Shown here piece by piece: positions 7,159 through 15,773 of a stretch of 24,000 nucleotides of DNA. The stretch lies in assembly GCF_009735625.1 (NCBI RefSeq), contig NZ_CP046244.1, positions 3,026,909-3,050,908 of the forward strand. Direction: 5' to 3'. Within the stretch, counting starts at the first letter, position 1. Each line of letters begins with the position of its first letter. Source of the stretch: Neomoorella glycerini. GTDB lineage: Bacteria > Bacillota > DSM-521 > Neomoorellales > Neomoorellaceae. The position numbers and the translations under genes were made by a program. The notes beneath the pieces are model-generated. The model worked only from the letters and a program-made list of their open reading frames with translations. It was not told the origin of the DNA and ran no database searches.

Positions 7159-8145
7159 ATGGTAAATTATTTAGCTACACCAGGTGATAGCTGGCAGTTA
7201 GTTTTGCGCCAGGGCATATTACACTATAGTTATACCGCTACCGGTGAGCCCATGGCAGGTTTGAGCGCCTGTACTGCCGTTATTGATCCTGCCGGTCGTT
7301 TACATATAGTGGCAACATTGCTTAATAAACGGTTAATTTATGCCCGCTGGCAGGGTCACCGCTGGGAAAGTATGGAGTTGCCGGTAAAGGGTTCCGTCCT
7401 GGGCTTTGTCCTCGATTCCCGCAGGCAACCGCACCTCTTATTAGAGGAATCCTACAGACCGGCAATTGTCCACCTCTACCTGGCTGGTAACCGCTGGCAA
7501 AGGCAGTTTTTACCTTTTAATCTTACGGCTCCTCCCTTACTATTTAAACCCCTGCTCCGTGGCCGGCTTTTTTTTGCCGGTCATGATGTATCCAGGGGAA
7601 GGCAGCTGTTATTTTTAACAATTTTTGATCCTGCCACGGGCTGGCAGGTGCCCCGTCCCCTTACCGGCGTAGAACCTGGTAATAAAATTTATGCTTACTG
7701 GTTTCAGGGATATCTTTACCTGTTGTCCTGGCACAGGCAGGAAAAGGACTACTTGCTTTATTTACACATAGTCGACCCGGAAAAAAACACCTCGTTGAGG
7801 CTCTGCCCGGGAACAATAGTTGATTTTCCCGATGACCGGCCGGTACTCCTGGCTAAGGAAAAAACCTTACTTTTCCTCTGGACCTCCAGCAACCGCCTGG
7901 CCTTTTGCTTCTCCCAGGATGGCGGCAGTACCTGGTCACCACCCCAGAGCGCCTATTTCTTTTTTCCGGCCCGGATTAAAGCCGTCGAGGGGCCAGAGGG
8001 CCCCTCGACCGGGCAGGTAGCTTTCACCAAGATTAGTGGCCTGGAGCCGGATTGGCCCCTGGTAATCAATTTTGAGCCCCTTTTTTCTTTATGCAGGGCT
8101 GTCTTTGTAAATTCCAGCAGCAGGAATACTCCTTTTAAGCAATGA
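7159..8145 (+). CDS. hypothetical beta-propeller-like protein with a BNR/Asp-box motif
   Basis: GGAGG (7146-7150) lies 8 nt before ATG 7159. SQDGGSTWS matches the SxDxGxTW Asp-box. Five to six repeated hydrophobic-strand/Trp segments (RWQGHRWES, AGNRWQRQ, PATGWQVP, LLSWHRQ) suggest blades. No signal peptide. Confidence 0.6.
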   Translation: MVNYLATPGDSWQLVLRQGILHYSYTATGEPMAGLSACTAVIDPAGRLHIVATLLNKRLIYARWQGHRWESMELPVKGSVLGFVLDSRRQPHLLLEESYRPAIVHLYLAGNRWQRQFLPFNLTAPPLLFKPLLRGRLFFAGHDVSRGRQLLFLTIFDPATGWQVPRPLTGVEPGNKIYAYWFQGYLYLLSWHRQEKDYLLYLHIVDPEKNTSLRLCPGTIVDFPDDRPVLLAKEKTLLFLWTSSNRLAFCFSQDGGSTWSPPQSAYFFFPARIKAVEGPEGPSTGQVAFTKISGLEPDWPLVINFEPLFSLCRAVFVNSSSRNTPFKQ

Positions 8146-8147
8146 TT

Positions 8148-9074
8148 TTAGATAATAATAGGCACCACGACACCCAGGAATAAAGGACCAAAGACAAAGG
8201 GGAACCTGCGGGCTGCGCCAATTAACAAAACAGGGTCTTTATCCATCTCAGCATCCATCATATGAGGGGCCATCATCATATCCTGGGCCATGGGCCTCAT
8301 TTCAACAACCCTGAACTCTTCCATTTCCCGGTAGCGAACCATTAAAACGACATGCTCCATACCGAAATGCCTGGGATCAGGAAGCCCCCGGGCAACAACC
8401 AGCAATTCCCGTTTTTCTATATCAATCATACCCATACCCATGGCGCCAGGACAATGATGGGTGGGATGCATCATAAAGCAGTGGCGCCGGGGCATTACGG
8501 GAGGCATGATGGGAATGCAAATGCGCTGGCCGGGATAAATCAAATTGGGATCGGTAATTTGCGGGTTAGCCGTCAGGATGTGATCCACTGTAGTACCGAA
8601 CTTGCGGGCAATGCTGCTTAAAGTATCACCGTGCCTGACGATATAGATGAAACCGTCGGGGCAGGGCATGGCGGGCCTGACCGGAACGCAGAGCACCTGT
8701 CCAGGATAAATCAGGTTGGGATCCCGTACCTGGGGGTTGGCAGCTATCAAGGCATCCAGGCTGACATTAAATTTCTGGGCAATGGAATACATGGAATCGC
8801 CCGGTTGGACGGTATAATGGAAACCACCGGGGCAGGGTACAGGCATTTTTCTGGGGATGCATAGTACCTGGCCGGGATAAATGAGATTGGGATCTTGCAC
8901 CTGGGGATTGGCAGCAATAAGTTCTTCCAGAGGTACGCCGAAATGGCGGGCAATAAGATACATGGTGTCACCGCTTTTGACGGTATAGTGGAAGCCGTGA
9001 GGGCACGGGGGTACCAGGTGCTGGGCTGCCGCCTCGCCCGCGGTTGCTTCCGCTATCTTGCTTTCGTCGCTCAT
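8148..9074 (-). CDS. triple-LysM peptidoglycan-binding protein with Met/His-rich C-terminal region and hydrophobic tail
   Basis: There are three copies of CPxGFxYxVxxGDxxxxIAxxFxxxxxxxxxANPQxxDPNLIYPGQxxCxP (LysM). GGAG lies 9 nt before ATG 9074. The last ~118 residues hold about 18 Met and 7 His and end in FPFVFGPLFLGVVVPIII. Confidence 0.8.
   Translation of the reverse strand: MSDESKIAEATAGEAAAQHLVPPCPHGFHYTVKSGDTMYLIARHFGVPLEELIAANPQVQDPNLIYPGQVLCIPRKMPVPCPGGFHYTVQPGDSMYSIAQKFNVSLDALIAANPQVRDPNLIYPGQVLCVPVRPAMPCPDGFIYIVRHGDTLSSIARKFGTTVDHILTANPQITDPNLIYPGQRICIPIMPPVMPRRHCFMMHPTHHCPGAMGMGMIDIEKRELLVVARGLPDPRHFGMEHVVLMVRYREMEEFRVVEMRPMAQDMMMAPHMMDAEMDKDPVLLIGAARRFPFVFGPLFLGVVVPIII
8490..9005 (-). 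repeat. three tandem ~171-174 bp LysM-encoding repeat units
   Basis: Recurrent DNA blocks are visible, e.g. ggccgggataaatcaaattgggatc (~8526), gtccaggataaatcaggttgggatc (~8700) and ggccgggataaatgagattgggatc (~8870). They correspond to residues 24-195. Confidence 0.75.
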
Positions 9075-9145
9075 AAGGCCGGTCTCCTTTCCTTGAAGGC
9101 ATGCTTTGCTAGTATAAGGTATGAAACCAGCCGTTTACTGGTGAC

Positions 9146-9171
9146 TAAAAAAGCGCCCCTACGGGGGCGCT
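9146..9171 (-). terminator. rho-independent terminator of the nucleoside operon
   Basis: Minus strand shows AGCGCCCC-CGTA-GGGGCGCT followed by TTTTTT, 16 nt after the amidohydrolase stop (9187). Confidence 0.8.
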
Positions 9172-9186
9172 AAATTATGCGGGTGG

Positions 9187-10590
9187 CTACCGTTTTGGGT
9201 AAGCATAATAATTGGTACCTGTACGCCTCCCGGCGCGGGACAGCATCTCCCTTGATATCCGGTTGGCCTGGCGAACAATTTCAGTTTCATCAACCTTCAA
9301 CAGCCGGCCTTCCCGGACTACGACCTCACCGTTAACAATGGTGGTATCCACCACCTGGCTGTCGCCGCAGGTAATAATAGCCGCTACCGGGTCATGCTGG
9401 CCCCCGGCAAACCCCAGTTCCTCAAAGTTAACCAGGATCAGGTCTGCCGCCATTCCCGGCGCCAGATAACCTATATCTTCACGGCCCAGAACCCGGGCAC
9501 CGCCAGTAGTGGCCAGGCGCAAGACTTCCTCGGCCGTCAGGCCGTCATTACCGTAAGCCAGTTTTTGCAAGAGATAGGCGATGCGCATTTCGTTCCACAT
9601 ATTAGAGGAATCATTGCTGGCGCTGCCATCGACGGCCAGGCCCACCCGCGCCCCGGCAGACAGCAAGTCCTTTACCCGGCAGACACCGGAGGCCAGCTTC
9701 ATATTGGATACCGGGCAATGGGCAACCCCGCTTTTTGTCTCGCCCAGCAGGGCCACCTCGGCGTCGTTTAAATGTATGGCATGGGCAAACCACACATCGG
9801 GTCCCAGCCAGCCCTGCTCAGCCATATACTCCACCGGACGCCGGCCGAATTTCTCTTTGCAGAAGCGTTCTTCATCCCGGGTTTCGGCCAGATGGGTGTG
9901 GAGCATGACCCCGTACCGGCGCGCCAGGGCGGCACTATCACGCATCAGTTCGGGGCTTACTGAAAAGGGGGAACAGGGGGCCAGGGCAACCCGGCACATG
10001 GCGAAGGGACCAGTCTCATGGTACTGCCGGATCAGGCGCTCGCTGTCAGCCAGTATCTCGTCTTCTGCTTGCACTACCTCATCCGGTGGCAGGCCACCCC
10101 GGCTTTTGCCCAAGGACATGCTGCCCCGGGTGGCATGGAAGCGGATCCCCAGTTCCCTTGCCGCCTGGATTTCAATATCAATAAGTTCATTCCCCTGCCC
10201 GCGGGGAAAGACGTAGTGATGATCGCCGGAGCAGGTACAGCCTGTCTTCAGCAATTCCCCCAATCCTACCAGAGCTCCCAGGCGAACTGCTTCCGGCGTC
10301 AGTTCACGCCAGATCTCGTAAAGGGTCACCAGCCAGGGGAAAAGGGGCAGATCCTGGGTGGCCGGGATATTGCGGGTCAGGGTCTGGTAGAGGTGGTGAT
10401 GGGTATTGATCAGCCCGGGCAAGACAACTTTACCTTGGGCATTAATAATTTCGTCGCCCTCGCCGGCGGGCAGATTGCAGCCGATGGCCTTAATTGCCGA
10501 CCCCTCGATTAAAACATCAGCCCGCCGGTAACGGCGGCCCTCGCTATCCATAGTTATTATCCAGTCGGCGTTTTTAATCAGCAGGGCCAA
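9187..10590 (-). CDS. amidohydrolase of the guanine/8-oxoguanine/cytosine deaminase (TRZ/ATZ, COG0402) family
   Basis: LIKNADWIITMD...VLPGLINTHHHLYQTLTR...HTHLAETRDE...GVAHCPVSNMKLASG...GLAVDGSASND carries the metal-ligand motifs of this superfamily, and the HHHxYQ plus WL...W pattern resembles 8-oxoguanine deaminases. The start is uncertain: TTG 10590 gives the usual short N-terminus and a 17-nt overlap with deoC, whereas the ORF-track GTG 10683 would overlap deoC by 110 nt. Confidence 0.75.
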   Translation of the reverse strand: MALLIKNADWIITMDSEGRRYRRADVLIEGSAIKAIGCNLPAGEGDEIINAQGKVVLPGLINTHHHLYQTLTRNIPATQDLPLFPWLVTLYEIWRELTPEAVRLGALVGLGELLKTGCTCSGDHHYVFPRGQGNELIDIEIQAARELGIRFHATRGSMSLGKSRGGLPPDEVVQAEDEILADSERLIRQYHETGPFAMCRVALAPCSPFSVSPELMRDSAALARRYGVMLHTHLAETRDEERFCKEKFGRRPVEYMAEQGWLGPDVWFAHAIHLNDAEVALLGETKSGVAHCPVSNMKLASGVCRVKDLLSAGARVGLAVDGSASNDSSNMWNEMRIAYLLQKLAYGNDGLTAEEVLRLATTGGARVLGREDIGYLAPGMAADLILVNFEELGFAGGQHDPVAAIITCGDSQVVDTTIVNGEVVVREGRLLKVDETEIVRQANRISREMLSRAGRRTGTNYYAYPKR

Positions 10591-11401
10591 ACCCGGATGC
10601 CCCCATTCCCTCTCCCCGGCGTGCCGCCAGTTCCCCGGCAATACGGATGCCGGAACTGGTCCCGATGCGGTTGGCCCCGGCACGGACCATGGCCAGGGCC
10701 GTCTCCAGATCGCGAATGCCTCCGGAAGCCTTTACGCCCACGTCCTTTCCCACCGTCCGGCGTAGCAGCCGCACGTCATTTGCCGTCGCTCCCCCACCGG
10801 CGAAGCCGGTGGAAGTCTTGACAAAATCGGCCCCGTATTTTACGGCGATTAAAGCTGCCAGGATTTTTTCTACATCATCCAGGAGAGCGGTCTCCAGGAT
10901 AACCTTCAGTATCCTTTCCTGTCCTATGCCTTCCTTTACGGCCTGGATTTCTTCCCCGACCGCCCGCAGGTTGCGTTCTTTAAGGGCACCCAGGTTTAAT
11001 ACCATATCGACCTCGGCAGCGCCCCTGGCCGCGGCCTCGACAGCTTCTGTGACCTTTACCAGTTTAGAAGCGCTGCCATGGGGAAAGCCGATTACGGTAC
11101 AGACCTTTATCCCCCGGCCGCGCAGGCATCTTGCGGCCAGTTCCACCCGGCAGGGTGGCACACAAACGCTGTGGAAATTGTGCTCTATGGCTTCCCGGCA
11201 AAGCTGTTCAATGACTGCCCCCGTGGTCTCCGGTTTTAAAGCCGTATGATCTATTAACTGCCGCACATCCCCTTCTTGCTGGTCGAAGTCGACGGTGGAG
11301 ACCGGCCCGGCCGGGTATGGCTCCCAGTTGCCTTCTGGCAAATTTTGCTTAAGTTCTTTCAGGGCCAGCGCATACAACGCGCGAAAATCTGCCTGCACCA
11401 T
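10574..11401 (-). CDS. deoC: deoxyribose-phosphate aldolase
   Basis: LIDHTALKPETT...VCVPP...VCTVIGFPHG...EVDMVLN...KVILET..L...ADFVKTSTGF..GGAT...VGVKASGGIR matches DeoC throughout, including the Schiff-base Lys context FVKTSTGF. ATG 11401 is preceded by AAGGTG. This start gives a ~45-aa N-terminal extension relative to B. subtilis DeoC; the alternative internal GTG is at 11266. Confidence 0.85.
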   Translation of the reverse strand: MVQADFRALYALALKELKQNLPEGNWEPYPAGPVSTVDFDQQEGDVRQLIDHTALKPETTGAVIEQLCREAIEHNFHSVCVPPCRVELAARCLRGRGIKVCTVIGFPHGSASKLVKVTEAVEAAARGAAEVDMVLNLGALKERNLRAVGEEIQAVKEGIGQERILKVILETALLDDVEKILAALIAVKYGADFVKTSTGFAGGGATANDVRLLRRTVGKDVGVKASGGIRDLETALAMVRAGANRIGTSSGIRIAGELAARRGEGMGASGFGPAD

Positions 11402-11419
11402 TAACACCTTCTTCCCACT

Positions 11420-12202
11420 CTAAGCCTGCGCCTGGCGTTGCCTTTCATAAGCGTAGATGGCCTCCAAGACCACCTTGATTTCCTTTTCCCAACCTTCAAC
11501 CAGCCGCGTATTCTCCGTTTCATAGATGACCTCACCCGTGACCAAGTTCCCGGAAACGGCACAGATGCTGGCTGCCTTGCAACGGCGCAGGTAAGCCACC
11601 GTAAAGATGGCTGAGCTTTCCATCTCCACATTGATTACGCCCAGGCGGGACAATTTTTCAATCCATTCCGGGGTTTCGCCGTAAAAACTGTCGTCGGAGG
11701 CGCAGATGCCTACGTGGAGGCCAAAATCCAGCTCGGTCTGCAGCCGGCGCGCTGTGGCAATGAGCGTGCTGGTAAATTCAATATCCGGAACGGCCGGAAA
11801 AACGTCTGGCACATAAAAGCGCGAAGTGCCTTCATTCTTCATGGAACCGCAGGAGATGAGCAGGTCCCCAAGGGCGATGCCGGGTTGCAGGGCGGCAGAA
11901 CTACCAATACGGATGAATACTTCCGCCCCGATATTAGCCAGTTCTTCTACTGCGATTGCCGCCGAAGGACAACCTATACCCGTGGAAGTAACACTTACCT
12001 TTATACCTTTGTAGTATCCGGTAAAAGTCCGGTACTCACGGTTATGGGCCATTAGCTGCGGTTCTTCTAAATATTTAGCCACCCGGTCGCTCCGGGCCGG
12101 GTCGCCCGGCAAAAGAACGTATTTACCTACATCGCCCGGTTTTAGTCGCAGATGGTACTGGATTTTTCCCAGGGTGACTTCTCCTTTATTGATAGGGCCC
12201 AT
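11420..12202 (-). CDS. udp: uridine phosphorylase (PNP/UDP family 1 nucleoside phosphorylase)
   Basis: YHLRLKPGDVGKYVLLPGDPARSDRVA...REYRTFTG...VTSTGIGCPSAAIAVEEL...FIRIGSSAALQP...NVEMESSAIF is collinear with E. coli Udp as I recall it. AAGGAGGAG RBS is present. Confidence 0.8.
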   Translation of the reverse strand: MGPINKGEVTLGKIQYHLRLKPGDVGKYVLLPGDPARSDRVAKYLEEPQLMAHNREYRTFTGYYKGIKVSVTSTGIGCPSAAIAVEELANIGAEVFIRIGSSAALQPGIALGDLLISCGSMKNEGTSRFYVPDVFPAVPDIEFTSTLIATARRLQTELDFGLHVGICASDDSFYGETPEWIEKLSRLGVINVEMESSAIFTVAYLRRCKAASICAVSGNLVTGEVIYETENTRLVEGWEKEIKVVLEAIYAYERQRQAQA

Positions 12203-12235
12203 TAGTTACTCCTCCTTAAAATCCTATAGCCAGGT

Positions 12236-13156
12236 TCAATGACGGCCGGCGATATAAATTTTGCCGGTATGTGCCGGACCGCGGGCGCGCCTGGAAACAA
12301 AGGCCAGGACCAGCAGGGTGGCCAGGTAAGGTATGGCCTCTACCAGCTGGGCCGGCACCTGCCATCCCTGGGCGTTAATTTGCCAGGCCATAACGTAGCC
12401 GAAAAACAGGGAAGCAAGGAGTGAGCCGAATGGTGTCCAGCGCCCGAAAATCATGGCCGCCAGGGCGATGAAACCGCGGCCGGCAGTCATGTTCTTGGTA
12501 AAGACGTTGAGCATACCCACCGACAGAAAGGCACCGGCCAGGCCGGCCAGGGCGCATCCAAGGATCACGCCCCCGTACATATATTTGACTACCGGTACAC
12601 CCAGGGACTGGGCGGCGTAGGGATTTTCACCGACGGCACGCAGGCGCAAACCCATCTTGGTATGGTATAAAAACAAATGGGAAATAATCACCAGCACCAG
12701 GCCGGCCAGGGTTAAATAGCTCATATTTTGCAGCAGGGGGCCGAGAAGGGGTATATGCGCCATACCGGTTCCAAGCACCCCTATTTTGGGGCACGAAGGT
12801 GACTGGCCTTTGTTGCCAAAGAAAAGCTGCAACAAAAAGACAGTAGTGCTGCTTGCCAAAATATTTATGGCCACGCCGCTAACGACATGATCGGTTTTCA
12901 GGCCCACACAAATAAAAGCGTGCAGGACGCCAAGGAGGGCGCCGGCCAGCACTGCCGCCAGGACTCCCAGGAGGGCAGACTGGCTATAATAAGAAACGAC
13001 GGCTGCCGTGAAAGCGCCGGCCAGCATGATCCCATCAAGGCCGACATTCACCACCCCGACCCGCTCGCAAAATAGGCCGCCCAGGGCGCCGATAAAGAGG
13101 GGGGTGGCTATAAGCAGCGTAATTTGAATGATACTCGCCGATATAAGAAGGCTCAC
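12236..13156 (-). CDS. ABC transporter permease, BMP/nucleoside uptake system (NupQ/YufQ-like)
   Basis: Polytopic membrane protein with about 8-9 hydrophobic helices. GTG 13156 overlaps the upstream TGA (GTGA), indicating translational coupling. Operon context is BMP lipoprotein plus a double ABC ATPase. Confidence 0.8.
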   Translation of the reverse strand: MSLLISASIIQITLLIATPLFIGALGGLFCERVGVVNVGLDGIMLAGAFTAAVVSYYSQSALLGVLAAVLAGALLGVLHAFICVGLKTDHVVSGVAINILASSTTVFLLQLFFGNKGQSPSCPKIGVLGTGMAHIPLLGPLLQNMSYLTLAGLVLVIISHLFLYHTKMGLRLRAVGENPYAAQSLGVPVVKYMYGGVILGCALAGLAGAFLSVGMLNVFTKNMTAGRGFIALAAMIFGRWTPFGSLLASLFFGYVMAWQINAQGWQVPAQLVEAIPYLATLLVLAFVSRRARGPAHTGKIYIAGRH

Positions 13157-14220
13157 TGGTCGCTCCTTCCTCCCCTCCTGGCCGGGCCGCTGAGCCAGTA
13201 TTTAATAAAAGCCTGGGCCGCTACGAAGACAATAATAACGGCTTGCAGCATCATGCCCAGTTCACGGGGTACGTTTACCTGCAAAGACATGCTCGAACTC
13301 CCGCTTTCCAGGGCACCAAAGAGGATGGCCGCCGGAATTATGCCCAGGGGATGGTTCTGGCCCAGAAGGGCTACGGCTATAGCCGTAAAACCATAACCCG
13401 GCGAAAAAGCATGGATGAATCTTTCATATACACCGAGAATACGTTCTGCACCCATAAGGCCGCCGATGGCACCGCTGGCTAGCATGGCGCCAAAGATTAC
13501 CTGCCGGCTCCGGATCCCGGCATACCTGGCCGCCGGCAGGCTTAAACCGGTTACCCGCAGGTTATAGCCCCAGGGGGTGTAAAAAAGGAAAATCCACAGG
13601 ACCAATGCTATGACCAGGGCCAGCAAGAAACCGGCATTGAGCCTGGATGGCGGCAGTAAACAGGGCAAGATGGCCGCCGGTTTTATTTTAAAAGTCTGGG
13701 CCACTACCCCGGGTTCGTGAAAAACGTGCACCGTAAGGTAGCCGGTAGCCGCGTAGGCCACATAGTTTAGCATAATGGTCGAGATAACTTCGTGGACGCC
13801 GGATTTTACCTTGAGCCAGCCCGGTATCAGGGACCATACCAGCCCGGCCAACATGGCTCCCAAAAGGGCCAGCGACAGGTGCAAAACCGCGGGCAGGTGA
13901 GGGATAGAAAAGCCAATTATAGCTGCCACCATACCCCCCATATACATCTGGCCTTCAATGCCGATATTAAAAAGCCCGGCTTTAGCCGCAATTAAAAAGG
14001 CCAGCGCCCCCAGGATATATGGCGTCGCACGCTGCAGGGTATCTGCCCAGGCTGCGACGCTGCCAAAGGCCCCCTTTACCATGGCAGCATAAGCCGCCAC
14101 GGGATTTTCTCCGATGGCCAGGATGATCAGCGCCCCTACCAGTAGGGCGGCTGCAACGGCCAGTAAAGAAGGAAGTACCTGCAGCCATAGTCCCGGCCTG
14201 CTCTTAGTCAACCAGTTCAC
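13153..14220 (-). CDS. ABC transporter permease, BMP/nucleoside uptake system (NupP/YufP-like)
   Basis: Polytopic membrane protein that overlaps the ATPase gene end. The true start may be TTG 14211, because GGAGGTG immediately abuts GTG 14220. Confidence 0.8.
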   Translation of the reverse strand: MNWLTKSRPGLWLQVLPSLLAVAAALLVGALIILAIGENPVAAYAAMVKGAFGSVAAWADTLQRATPYILGALAFLIAAKAGLFNIGIEGQMYMGGMVAAIIGFSIPHLPAVLHLSLALLGAMLAGLVWSLIPGWLKVKSGVHEVISTIMLNYVAYAATGYLTVHVFHEPGVVAQTFKIKPAAILPCLLPPSRLNAGFLLALVIALVLWIFLFYTPWGYNLRVTGLSLPAARYAGIRSRQVIFGAMLASGAIGGLMGAERILGVYERFIHAFSPGYGFTAIAVALLGQNHPLGIIPAAILFGALESGSSSMSLQVNVPRELGMMLQAVIIVFVAAQAFIKYWLSGPARRGGRSDQ

Positions 14221-15742
14221 CTCCCCTGCTACCGGCGGGAAGGCCGGCCATCATGAGGCCAATTTCTTCCCGGCTAAACTGTCCTGGCTCCCCAACGGCC
14301 ATAAACCGGCCCCGGTGGATGATGCCAATACGGTCCGCGAGGGAAAGAACTTCTTCCAGCTCATTGGACACCAGCAGAATACCCGCCCCCTGCCGGCGCC
14401 GTTCCAGCAGGACCTGGTAGATGAATTCAATGGCCCCAATGTCTACCCCGCGGGTCGGCTGTACAGCAATGATCAGGCGGGGAGAAGAGTGGAGCTCGCG
14501 GCCAATGATGAGCTTCTGCTGGTTACCCCCGGATAGATGGGTAATAGGGGCTTCCAGGTCCGGTATTTTGACGCCGAAATTTTCTACTACCTGGTGGGCC
14601 CGGGTTTTAATTTTTTGCCGGGATAAAAAAAGGCCCTGCTTTACCGGGTAGGCGTGTTGAAAACCGAGGATGGCATTTTCCCAGACGCTAAACTCACGTA
14701 CCAGGCCTTCCTTCAAGCGGTCGCCGGGGATGCAGCATAAACCCTTATTTCGCAGCAGGGACGTAGGATAATTGGTCACTCTTTCCCCTAAAAATTTAAT
14801 CTCGCCCGCAGTCACAGGCCGCAGTCCTAAAATCCCCTCTACCAGGGCGTCCTGCCCGTTACCGGCTACGCCGATAACCCCGAAAATCTCGCCGGCTCTT
14901 ATAGTGAAGGAAATATCCTGGATGCTTTGATCCCCGTTAACGCTGCCCACCCTGAGACCTGTTATTTCCAGGACGGGATGACCCGGCCGGCCTTTTTCCT
15001 TCTCTACTTCCAGCTTTACTTCCCGGCCCACCATGGCCCGGGCCAGCTGTTTTTCGTTTACCTGTTCCACCGGCCAGGAGCCGGCTGTTTTCCCATCACG
15101 AATTACCGTTACTTCGTCTGCCACGGCCATTACTTCGGCCAGTTTATGGGTGATGAAAATTACCGTCCGGCCATCCCGTTTAAAGTCCCGCAAGATGGTG
15201 AACAGGCGCTCTGTTTCCTGGGGTGTCAGCACCGCTGTAGGCTCATCCAGGATGATTAACCGGGCCCCGCGGTAAAGGACTTTTATAATTTCCAGGCGCT
15301 GTTGTAATCCTACCGGCAGGTCGCTTACCGTGGCGTCAAGATCTATTTCTAACCCGTAGCGGGCGCAGAGTTCCTGCAACCTTTTTTTGCTGTCCCCGTA
15401 AGCCAATCCAATCCCTTTACCGGGTTCGGCTCCCAGGATGATATTTTCCAGGGCGGTCAAGGACTCTGCCAGCATAAAGTGCTGGTGGACCATACCGATA
15501 CCCCTGGCCAGGGCTTCCTGGGGGGAGGCGACGTGCAGCCGCTCCCCCCAGAGATAAATCTCGCCTGCGTCCGGCTGGTGAAGGCCAAAGAGGCACTTGA
15601 CCAGGGTGGTCTTACCGGCGCCGTTCTCGCCTACCAGGGCGTGGATGGTTCCTGTTTTTACCATCAAGTCTATCCCGTCATTGGCCTTAACATGGCCGAA
15701 ATACTTCTTCAGGCCCCTGATCACCAGGCTGTACTCGCCCAT
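14204..15742 (-). CDS. ABC transporter ATP-binding protein with two fused ABC domains (sugar/nucleoside type)
   Basis: Walker A GENGAGKTT, signature LPVGLQQRLEI, Walker B LIILDEPT, then a second domain with LSGGNQQKL and degenerate motifs. At 512 aa it is typical of CUT2/BMP-type importers. Confidence 0.9.
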   Translation of the reverse strand: MGEYSLVIRGLKKYFGHVKANDGIDLMVKTGTIHALVGENGAGKTTLVKCLFGLHQPDAGEIYLWGERLHVASPQEALARGIGMVHQHFMLAESLTALENIILGAEPGKGIGLAYGDSKKRLQELCARYGLEIDLDATVSDLPVGLQQRLEIIKVLYRGARLIILDEPTAVLTPQETERLFTILRDFKRDGRTVIFITHKLAEVMAVADEVTVIRDGKTAGSWPVEQVNEKQLARAMVGREVKLEVEKEKGRPGHPVLEITGLRVGSVNGDQSIQDISFTIRAGEIFGVIGVAGNGQDALVEGILGLRPVTAGEIKFLGERVTNYPTSLLRNKGLCCIPGDRLKEGLVREFSVWENAILGFQHAYPVKQGLFLSRQKIKTRAHQVVENFGVKIPDLEAPITHLSGGNQQKLIIGRELHSSPRLIIAVQPTRGVDIGAIEFIYQVLLERRRQGAGILLVSNELEEVLSLADRIGIIHRGRFMAVGEPGQFSREEIGLMMAGLPAGSRGGELVD

Positions 15743-15773
15743 GGCCTTCCACCACCCGGTTGCGTAAGGTATT

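Noticed and set aside
3864-9074. A copper-handling interpretation linking the HMA-like small proteins with the Met/His-rich LysM protein tail
   Set aside because: The HMA-like proteins lack the CxxC ligands. There is no CopA/CopZ/CsoR-type gene in the window. The link rests only on composition, so it is mentioned as a test rather than a call.
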